The position numbers and the translations under genes are program-made. A model generated the notes under the pieces. The model made no database searches. It was not told where the DNA came from and saw nothing but the letters and a program-made list of their open reading frames with translations. A DNA stretch of 64,000 nt from Trichoplax adhaerens (Eukaryota; Animalia; Placozoa), in NCBI RefSeq assembly GCF_000150275.1, contig NW_002060947.1, positions 3,896,335 through 3,960,334 of the forward strand, given 5' to 3'. Positions 37,701 through 64,000 of the stretch are shown here, one piece after another (position 1 is the stretch's first letter; the number at the start of each line of letters is the position of its first letter).

Positions 37701-40700
37701 GTTTAGAAGAAATTAGCCGAGCGGCTCGTTTAAGCTGTTTCCTAGGTAATTAGTTCATTAGCTGATAATGAACAAGTTAAAAAAATTGATAATTTCATAA
37801 TATTTACCTTGCACTATAAAGTAGATAAAATCTATCAAATTTTCTACCTATACTTTATGAAGTAATTCTATTGTGCTGAAGCCGGCTTATGTCGATTTTG
37901 CTATCTGTCTCTCAAGGAATGCCGGAGAACTTTGCCTCTGTAGCGTCTAAATTAGTTGATGCTACCTGTGAAGCTTTCAGTGGATCTGGAGGATGGAAAA
38001 ACAAGATATTCAGTACCAGCACTAATCATAGCTCCTTCAAATTATGGACTTCTCAAGTACTTGGAATTGATACGGTTATATCATTAGCTTTTGAGCTAGG
38101 AACCTTTTCATACGAAAGTTGGAATCACATATTTAGGTACTGCAGTGATTATACATTGCGTCGATAATTATAATAGATCTATGAGTTCGTATTACTTTTA
38201 GTGTAACTTAGTTATTAGTTCATATTATCTAGATGTGGGGTAAACTATCTTCAATGTAATCGTAATATATGACTCTTAACTTTCATATTAGATGTTCGGC
38301 CTTTGTTGCACAATTGGATAATTTGTATTCAACAAGTCTATCAAATATCAGTTTAAGTAATAGTTCAGACATCGATGGTAGCATGACATTTACAGCGACA
38401 GACGACAGTAGTGATGGTAAAAGCACTAAAGAACTAATACAACAAATAGAAAATCAGCATGGTATTTCATCGCAAGGATTAAATTGGAATGATGCGGCTA
38501 AAATCGTTAAAAGTATTATGATGTCAATTGAGCGATTATTTGAGGAAGCAGCAATCCATCTTGACGCTAATGGGCTTCTTTCATTCGTTAAAACGTTGTG
38601 CCAGGCATCTCAACAACAATTATTTAGTATCAGTGGCTCTGCGTGTACCAATGATGGTGCTCTGCCAATTCCTATTTTAGTTCCTGCAAATAATCTAGCT
38701 ATTTCACGTACGTCTCTCCATCTACACCAACTAGGCCAATATTTATTGCGATGTACACATATTAGTGGCCGTCCATTAGCTCATTTAATGAAAGCCTGGT
38801 ATGAAGTTGCACCTCATTTTGTTAAGGTATGTTACAGATTACATGATTAATTTCCCAACAGCTGCTTAAAAATAAAACGAATAATACTTGTATATTTGAA
38901 TACGATCTTGCACACTGTTGCTATTCTAGGCTGTGTAAAATTAGTTAGGTGTTCGGTATTCTAACCTATTATAATTCCTTTTATAGGCTGCTTGTCATTA
39001 TGATAGCCGCATATCTCTTGTAGCTGTACAATGTATACAGCAATTCATTGGTGAAATTCTACAACAGAGAGAAGAAATGTTATATTTTTCTTTTAACGAA
39101 TCTTTGTTTAGATCCTTTGAATCTATTCTGTCTATTAATTCCAGCAATAACCTACTTCAAGAACGGGTACAATAATCAATATAATACGCTTATTGCTAGT
39201 TAATATGCAATCGCAACTAAAAATGTGTGAAGTAATGAGCAGTTATTGAGGCCAAAATTAGAGTAACAAAGCACTGTATAGGCTTTCGATATGTAGAGTA
39301 TTAATTAGATTGCAAGTTTTATAATTTTCATATCAGAAATTAAAACTAGATTGAAGCATAAATGAAAGTAGTGGTATTCCATTTATTCTAACCACTTAAT
39401 TTCTTGCTCACTAGATAATACACGCTATTCGTGAATTAACTGAAATGTACGTAACTAATGTTCGTTCGGGATGGAAACCGGTATTTTCTACACTACGCTC
39501 TGTTAGGATATTTGATGAACAACATGATGGCTACCTAATGATTAAGACATCTGATCAACAATCATCCCCTGTATTCGAAATTATTGCTTCATTTTTTAAT
39601 AATGAGGACCATTGCATTTATGCAAACGCAGCTGTTGAATGCACTTTATGTTTAATTAAATTTCTTGTCTGCGATACCAAAGAGAAACTTGGATTTGATG
39701 CTTGCGAACCAGCATTAAAATATATTAAATTATGCTGCAAAAAACTACGTTCAGCCTATTTACTAACGTCAAGGCCTGTTTTTACTGGTGCAGACTCCAT
39801 CATTTTGCCTAACGATCCTTCGTCAGCTAACCCGTCTGATTCTATTTATACCACTCAGGATTTCTTACAAAAAATATTCTCCGATGATGGTGCAGCTATA
39901 ACTGATATTGCTATAGTAAATTTACCAGCCAGTTATACTATTCTCAAAACAGATGATACAGGTATTATACGATCTCTATAAAATAAATAACCACATAATT
40001 AAAATAGAATTTCTTCGGTGTCCGTACACGATATATTTTAACAGGGTATAATATAAACTTAAACATGGCCTATATAAATACATTAAAAATATCTCCATCC
40101 GAAAAATAACTTTTAATATATCTTTATAGGTATTCTTCGCGTTTGGTATTTGTTACTTGAAGGCCTGACAAGTGCAGTTGTAACCTGTCCGCGTAAATAT
40201 CAACCGCAAAGTCTAGAACTTTTATTCAATCTGTTTAAAGATATCACTTCCGTACCCGGCCCGCATTTTGGTATTTTTGCCATTACTCATCTACTTTTGC
40301 CAATGATTCATGCATGGATGCGCCATGGATTAAATCAACGTCAATATTGGCGAGAATGTGAAGGAAATTTTAAGCATGCTTGTGGCTTAGCTACAGATCT
40401 GGTTGAAGACCAAATTACTAAGTTCTTAAATGATAAAAGAGCTGCTGAATTTGTACCGGGATTAATCCATCAAATGATAAATCTTCTTACGGACTGTATG
40501 GCACAGCCAACTGAAGCAATAGCACGCGTTGGATGTGCATCGTTTAGGTTAATATTACACATTATTATTATCGTATATAACGTATACTTGCAGAATCATT
40601 GTAATAGAAAAGCTTATGTAATTTACTTCGATTACATTATAATCTCCATCATTCACTATTTAAAGTCGCATATCAATGAGAACGTAAAAATACCCTTTAA

Positions 40701-42732
40701 TTTCATCAACTAGGCACTTGTTGCTCGTTGTTGGGCCTATTTTCACGGAAGAATTATGGAATATCGCTTGCAAAGGCATTAGAAATGCTGTGGCTGCAAC
40801 GTTATACAGCACAACACAAATGCTTTCTTCATTTGAGCCTGGATCCTCAAACATACATGGAGATCATGATACAGTGAAAGTTTTAGCCAGAACGGATAAT
40901 ACAAGAATCGAGCAACAAAGGATTCATCAACTAGCAGATCAGGTATAAGTTTATCTAAACATAGTTATTGAAGAGTTATAAATAACTCTTCATTTGTTCA
41001 TGATCAAGCCCTTTAATCTGTAATATTTTAAACTACAATATAACCTAACTCATAGGACACAAGAACGTTGTATATAACAATCTTAATCTGCTTGAATATT
41101 TAATTAAAATAGGTATTTTTAACCGAAACACAACTTGCTCAAGGATTGAATACTAAAGTCATGGTAGACTCTCAATCAACATCGGAAGATCGTAAATCCT
41201 TTTCATTTCTGTTAATCCCTGCCCAACCTGTTCATGAAGGGACCGATACGAATAACTCGCAGGAAGAAATAAAGTAAGTCAAGCAACAAAAGGCTACATA
41301 TCATTAGGTTTAGTCTCGATATATTTTCTGTAACAACTAACCAAACGATGTCTATACTATTATAATTTGTACTAGCTAATATTAACTTTGATATTTCATT
41401 TGTTATAGAATACCATTTAACAGTTTACTTGTTGGATTGTTATCCCATCAGCTCATTCTTGAAGTTTTTGAGTGTCTACTATTGGATACATTGCCAAATT
41501 CTGTTCACATTCCAATTAAATCCTTAGCAACAAATAGAAGGCCTTCTACATCTAGTGATACAAACGAAAAGCAAAATACCAATCAAGACCGTAAAGTTGG
41601 TCTTTTGCAGTATCTTCCGGTTCATAATTTGTCTGTCTTGCTGGATTGCTTAGTTAGCTCTTATACCATATCTTGTGAATTTAATTCTCGACCTGCAATT
41701 CGATTTATGATCCAAAAATTAGCCAAATTACCAGCTTTGGCTAATTTATATCGTCAAGCTATTCGAAGCTTTACACTATATGTAACGACATTATTTAAGA
41801 TTTATGATGATTGCAGTTATCCATTTTCCCCTGGTAAAGTGCGTCGAATTATTAAGAAGAAAATTATATACGGTCGACATATTGGAAGCGGACTAAAAAG
41901 TACAACAAGTATTGACGAGGATGGCCAAAGTAGCATGGTATCGGATTATCTACCGTCAGATGATCAGTTCAATCTATCAAATCAAATCTCTGCAATTCAT
42001 TCTAGGAGTGATCGCGACCCGGTGGAATCTACTTATACTAGCACCTCTACTACCATAAGCGCTAGTCACACTACCGCATTAGGACGTCGTAAACTTTTTG
42101 GTTGTAGTTTTAGTGAAGACAGGACATCGATTCATAGTGGTTATAAAGGTGATGATGAGGTATTTAGCGAGATAAAAGGAAATCATGATGGTGAAGAGGA
42201 TGAAGACAGGGATAATAGCTATTTAATTAGTATTATCCATAGAATCCATAATGCTTGCTGTCAAGTTTGCGCATCCTATATTACATTGCATAGCAGCGAT
42301 ACAACCAAGCTACCACTGCTTGATACTCAATTAGATTATTTAGATTATGTCAAAGAAATTTCAGTTGATGATTCCAATCTTAAGAGATTGATCTCAAAAT
42401 ATAGTGAAGAACAAAATGAATCAAGTAATCAAGAACATCGTATATATCGTGTTGAAGATCAGCAATCACAACACAGTGGTGCAACAACACCTCGCAAAAG
42501 TAGTGGTGAAAAATTTACGGAATGCGATAATGTAGCAATCGGTGCTTATGCTACCCTTGTTAAAACAATGCTTAGGTTAATATTAGGATTACCTGATGAT
42601 AAATTTAAAGCTATTTTACCTGCTGTCTTGCCAGCAATCAATTTACTAATACTCAAAGTTAACGAAAGCTCCGTTCGACAGAGCGTTTATCAAATTATTT
42701 GCCGTGTGACTATTCTCTATGGTATATGTTGA
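25780..42732 (+). CDS. ARFGEF3: Brefeldin A-inhibited guanine nucleotide-exchange protein 3 (BIG3/KIAA1244), ~23 coding exons
   Basis: Exons 25780-25864 (MESVLHQLSKDASPTKQKSLRDAC), 26268-26310, 26645-26726 (EKCLLPIKLAFES), 30821-30952 (KILLDDRF..DEIQIEIMK), 32735-32803 (ILLAATCS..LHGEELKKAAQ), [exon presumed in gap], 33301-34462, 34576-34660, then exons starting ~34781, 35005, 35343, 35830, 36164, 37208, 37533, 37917, 38292, 38988, 39415, 40130, 40714, 41113, 41409. BIG3 motifs SLRPVLESIFYHML, VRSGWKPVF, CPRKYQPQSLELLF, NFKHACGL, EAIARVGCASFRH, FNSRPAIRFMIQKL, ANLYRQA. Confidence 0.92.
33031..33246. other. Assembly gap (216 N) within ARFGEF3
   Basis: Run of N characters. Confidence 1.
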
Positions 42733-45377
42733 TAAAGTATTCATTCTAGTATCGACGATAATCAAAATCGATAATATTTGCTGTATTAAATTTCAGTGAA
42801 GAAAGAAAATTTTCCAAATCTAACGATGATAATACTCGTATACTGGAGATCGGTTAATGCAATCTGTAGCTAAATCCGTATGCTTATGAATAATGTGTAA
42901 AAACCTATTGATTGCTCTAATTATATATCTAGCCAAGTTGCCATTGCTGGGCATCATTTAGCTTTTATAATAAGCTAGCTTGTCTTAAAAACCTAATTTG
43001 AAAGCCAAATTTTTAGCAGCACAATAAGTTATAGAAAGAAATTGATATGTATTAGGTTACTAATAGATTAAATATAGTAATATATTCATTTTGGAGTCTA
43101 TAGTCTCAATGGCTGATCCGTATGGATTTAAAGATACAGCAAATTGTTAAATGTATAGTTCCTTTTTGACATCAGTGAATAATTTTAAAACGTAGCTCAC
43201 TTTAATAATATTGATATCTATAATGAATTAAGTTATTTTAATTGCTTGAATTTTAAGTTTGGACGCGTTTCTAAACTATTTAATTCGAAAAAGTAAGAAC
43301 AATGTTTAATTATTGATATTCGAAAACTTTAAGCGATCAAAAGCCGATACCATATAACAAAATGATTTTAAGATATTAAAAATATAATGTCTATGTAATA
43401 TGGCCCATTAATAATCAACCCCACAAGGCATACTCCCATATTCAACTAATTTCAAATTTGACGATGAAAACTCCTAAATCAGGTATGGTACGTTGTACCA
43501 TATTTTAATGTTATGTATTAGTATTTAAATAAAAAAATAAGTAAACTCTACTCTGTGCTCTGTTCGACGTGGTGGCTATTACCAGACTTGGATATGCGCA
43601 TAAATGACGTTTTGCTTTATTTTTAGTCCCGATATTAGAAGGTCGGTAAATTACGATAGCAATATAATTCTCCATTGAATTTATTGCACATTTTTAAAGT
43701 GCTTCAATAGTTTCGTTAAAGTATATGCTATTAAATATAAAGTTACTCTTAAAATAGTAATACAATGATTAATTAAATATACTATTAATCAAATAATTAA
43801 TTTACTATAAATAATATGCTAAGCGAACAGTCGTTCGGCCTTACTGGACATTAGGTACAGTCATATTTTACATAATTGTACGTTTTCATACTAACTTTAA
43901 TTAAGATACTATTTAGCTATACGGTAGGGACTAAAATTAAAACTATAGAATTTTCTAGGCTGTAATTTTCACACAAAGTTGCAAAACAGATTAATACTTC
44001 ATCATAAAAATCTATCAAAATAAGTCATTACTAAGAAGTGCCAGGAAGCCTGATTATTGCTACTAAATAATCTGGTGTCGATTTATTGTAATTGCAATAC
44101 GATAATAGATCATTTGGTCTAATCAATATTATCAGACAAGAATGTTTTAATATCGAATTGGACGATTATCAATCAAGTTCTCTCTACTTTAAAATGATAA
44201 TCATATGCGAACTATAATAACGTAAGGTGAGGATATACAATACTTGTATTTTCTCTCAACTTTTCTTACATTTTATCTACTATCACATTCTATAGCTTCA
44301 CTTATAGCTATCATTAATTGAATTCATCTCTAATTGCTGCTATAGCTCTATCTATATGAAATGGACATACGGAATACTATCACGTTATAAGAGAAATCTA
44401 AATTTGATAATAAACGATTAAACGTTATTATATTAGCAATAAAACATCAGATAACGCTAATATTACAACAAATAACATTGTAGCAGAATTCTTTTATTCG
44501 CAAATACTGGATGTCAATTAATTGGACCATAGACACAGTACACGACTGTACTGCATACAGTTTAGTTTGTAGCTAGAATAAGAAATGTAGTCCTATCATC
44601 AAAAATCGTTCATTAATTCTACCTGCAGTACCACGTATGAGCACGTAGAATAAGGGCTACCAAGATATTCATTTTAAACGGTATATGAAATGACACAGCA
44701 TTTTTATATAATCAATAAATTGATCAAAATAGTAAATTTAAGAAATACCTACAGTATTACGGAGATAGTCTATCTCAACACAGGAAGTACACAATTAATG
44801 TTTGGTTACAAAAGCAGTATTCGCTATCATTTCTAGATTTAGTTAAACATATTGAACATTTTACTTAAAATTATTATACTCGTATTTATGGTCATAGATA
44901 TCTAGTCACATAGACATTTAATAAGCTAAACAACGTCCGTCGTTTACAGTGTTGTTTCAGTTACTGTAAAATTTAGACTTTGTAATAATTCTACCTTTAA
45001 TTTTTATCCCTCGCACCATCCATTAAGAGATATCGCAATGTCAATATACTGCATACAATAAAAGTCAATAAATATAATCTATAATCGTTTGAGGGTATAA
45101 AAAGTGTTTTAACTAAGCAATTGATATATTGATCAAAATTGAACATTTATTATACGACATATAATCAATCACATATTTAAAATTATAAAACAGGACAATA
45201 AAATGTATTGATAAGAAATGAGCATTTTTCGTATTTATATCGTTCATTATTCATAAAATAACTGTAGTTATATTGGAAATGATTCTTTCCACTGGATATG
45301 TCATATGTAGATAATTTGGCGTACATTTTGCATGATATATGTCGTAAATCACTAAATATATGAATAAACGCGTTTTT

Positions 45378-60479
<15,102 letters not shown>

Positions 60480-63400
60480 TTATAACAATTTGATCAAAAA
60501 AATGAACTATTCTAGTATGCAAATTTTGATCAATAAATTTTGCTAATGTAGCGAGAGGAAAGACGCCAATACTTTGTATCAAAGGTTTTATGAGCTAATC
60601 TGATTATACAGGTAAATTTGGCTTGATTAGAAGTACTATCTAAATTGACTTAATAGATGAATCGATCGACCCAGGGTGTTGTAGAATTGTACAAATGATT
60701 GGTGTATAGTGTCAAAGGTAAAATAAATGAAGAAAAATGGTTAAGCGATCTTGTATGCTTAACTTGAATAGCAGCAAATGGAATAGATGAAACTTGATAG
60801 TATGCGTTTACTTCGTTCAAGGACTTTAATTTTTTCCACCCTTAGCCGCTTTCTACTTTTGTAAATCAATATGGTAGTTGATATAGATGGACACTTAGCT
60901 AGATGGAGTAATCCAAAATGACAACAGATGATAAATCGGCTACTGTTTCAAGAGTTTGGATGCCTTTCTTCGATGACGTCGAGAATGTTTAATGTATAGT
61001 GGGGTTAGTATTGAAACAATCTTCAGCTGTAAGCTAGGTAGTGGTAGTTGTCTGCGAGCAATCGATGTTGACTTGCCAAACGTTCTCTCTCTGACAATTT
61101 CTCAAAAGATTTTGACTGTTGCTTGATGTTTAATTCCTGTCCAGGAGTACCGCAGCTAGTAGACACTTTGTAAATATAGTCTATACTCAATTTCGATGTC
61201 TTAATAATGGTATAAGTGTACTCTATGGACCAAACTTACTTTGCTTCTTTGTATACAACTAGTGTGTAAAAGGAAAGGATGAAAATGTTAACATTTCTGA
61301 GTATACCAACAAAAATGGATTACCACTTGCTCGATTTACAAATAATTACCACACTAAGCATGGAAATGATTTACCTAAGTGTTGATTAACAGGATAATAA
61401 GAGAAGTAGACGGATTATGATGAAATAGTATTGGCTCCTATCTATAACTGTATCTTTCTTGATATATACAGAGGCCAACTGCAGCTATAACTACGCACAA
61501 ACTGAATGAAATAGACACTAAGATATTGGGGTAGTTCTATCAATTTCCTATAGTAGTAATATAAATAGCTCTTCAATAAGATGATGAATAGTTATGTTAA
61601 CCAGTTAGGACAGTAGGATAGAATATCTACCTTTTGACAGATTGATCTCATAGGTATCGCTATTTATCCTGACGTTTAGCAGATGTAGTATTACAATGGT
61701 TATTTAACTGATGTTTGTCGACTACGTTGAATCGATCTTCCACGCCTCCAACTTTTAACATCAATAACTCATCAACAATAAAATGGATAGGCTAAGTAAT
61801 GTCAATCATAGTTATAATAGATATCCATGCTGTTTATTTTCAGCATCAGAAAAAGAAAGAAAAAATAGACAAAAACGATTAGGCTTGAATCAATTAATTT
61901 CAACCTAACTGATCGTTAATACAGATTGTTGCTAAAATACTGAGTGAGACATTGCGGTTTCATTTTCTCCACCGTTGTATCAATGTAAACTATACTTATC
62001 GGTAATTTAATCAAGCGTGGTCATAAAACCATGTCTCTATTGTCTAACTTTTAATCGTCAGGATATTAAAAGCAGGCTATAGAGAGATGGTCATGGTAGT
62101 GGCTAACATGGCAAAAAGGGGTAAAATCGAGTGAAAATAGAGCTAAAGTAATTACGTACTCAATACATTCGCTTATTGATATCTATATTTAGGCTGATGA
62201 TAATGTAACAAGACGATTCAAATTGAAAGAAAATAAAAGTTTGACCTTCTTGATTCAATATATTACACGTTATTGAATATCATATGTTGCATTATTAAGC
62301 TGATCATGATGATCATTACTCATTTCCTCTCACTCTCTATGTCTCTTCTTACTCCATTAAAGTTAGAGAGAGCTTATACTATTGATTATATCCTATTTTT
62401 TTTTTCTAGATGTCAGTAAATTACCCGTCAAGTGGTTTTGATACAAAAGACGGCAAAGTCATCACGGCTTTATCATCTTTTTAGTCAATGATTTATCATT
62501 TTAGTTAGTTATCCAAAAAAAGGGGGTGAAGAAAGTGACTAATACAAATAGTCAATAAAGAGTAAAGAGTATCATAGGTAATAGAAAGGCAATATGGAAG
62601 TAGAACTATTGCTTAACTGGAAGCGATATATCGTGAGGTATTAGTAGTAACCATCACTGTCCAGACAGTTGATCATGTTCAGCTTTTCGATTCATTCATA
62701 CCGCAAGGGATAATGTTTAATTTTCCGTCCCCTTTTTCTGTCATACTAACTAGTTGGACGTCTGTCTCTATCTATCTTTCATCTTATAATAAAAAATTAG
62801 CAGACGTAGATGATTACCTTTAATTATACTAAGGAAGCCAATTCTATCAAGATGTCATCTGTTATCTCCACTTGAGGTCGTAGTGGTAGCCATGGTAAGA
62901 TCAAGTATGGTACAAGAGATGAGTTAATCAATTAAAATAAATTCATAGAATAGACTAAGGTCAATATCTACTGGACATTAAACTCTCTTCTACTTGATGT
63001 TAATACATAAGCAAATAGTCAACAATAGCTTTCAAAAGTAGATGGTATCAAATGTTATTATTACAACAAGACAATATCCAAGTCATTGTTTATTAACATT
63101 TGACATTAATTATCTTCTTGACGTTCAATTTTTTGTCTTTAAACTTTCATTAATCATTTTTCTTTACTAGTCATTCTTTCTTGATTTATGTTACGTATTT
63201 TTCCCCTTTTTCTGTCTCTCTGTCTCTCTATCCTTTGATTAATTGGACATTGCCTGTTGGCGTTATTTTTATTTTTCACTATTCTAATCGATCTAGATAC
63301 AGCCAGAGTAAGCCGAGATAACTGGTCAAAATAATTTCTTCAAGACAATGACAGTTTTATCTTCTATTGCTTACTGAAACTTAGTCTTACCGCTAATAAA

Positions 63401-64000
63401 TTGATCTGTGAGGTGAAATATTAAATTTGAATTGTTTTCTATCTTATAATGTAGATTAGAATGGATTCAAGCTTAAGTCATTTATAAAATATTGTTGGCT
63501 AAATAGCTATAGTAAGTATAGTGTAACAATAACAACAGCATCGAGGATAAAGAATAAATAATCAACTGTACATATGTGTCTATAATAAAATACAATTTAT
63601 CATTTTGCAGCTATTTAGACCGTGATTACCTTTCATATTTCAATTAAATTGAGTTATTTTTCACTTTCATCAAATAGTCTAAAGGTGATACCTATTCTAT
63701 CAACTATATAGAGATGATGATGTGCGCTAAAGCATAAGGATAATATAAATCAATAGAGATAAATAGTAAATAAAAATCAATTATCCATTCTATGACGCAC
63801 TATGACCATATTGTGGTATTGTTCTGTCAAGGGATGGTTAATTTAGAAATTTAACTTAGTTTAGCTTTTCCACTCTGAAAGTTGAATAACAGCAGGATAA
63901 TTTATTGATTATTTTTTACAGTACTTAATACTATAATGACGATTTGATATTGAGTTTGGCGATAATATCAATAAACAAAAAATTAAAATACCCCATCTAT

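Overview
AT-rich (roughly 30-33% GC by eye), intron-dense eukaryotic DNA from an early-branching animal. The gene content, short GT-AG introns and a Sanger-style N gap fit the placozoan Trichoplax; this is inference, not verified. I reconstructed six spliced protein-coding genes by hand: UBE3D-like E3 ligase (+, 888-3988), DNAJB13/radial-spoke HSP40 (-, 4649-6713), GDAP2 macro+CRAL-TRIO (+, 10786-13981), WDTC1/adipose (-, 15312-21435), ARFGEF3/BIG3 (+, 25780-42732, one exon probably inside the N gap) and Runx (-, 45378-60476, ending VWRPY). Both complete head-to-head intergenic regions (DNAJB13<>GDAP2 and WDTC1<>ARFGEF3) are split by unrelated ~1.1 kb microsatellite-laden tandem arrays, and the second has a long inverted arm. 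Other observations: RFX X-box-like and forkhead sites at the DNAJB13 promoter, a candidate 54-nt cassette exon just after the Runt domain, a candidate 18-nt UBE3D microexon, a duplicated exon fragment in GDAP2, a GC-AG intron and a ~390-aa acidic insertion in ARFGEF3. I found no CRISPR, rRNA, tRNA or transposase, and I cannot show a new biological system from sequence alone. Orthology calls and human comparisons rest on recalled motifs, not database searches.
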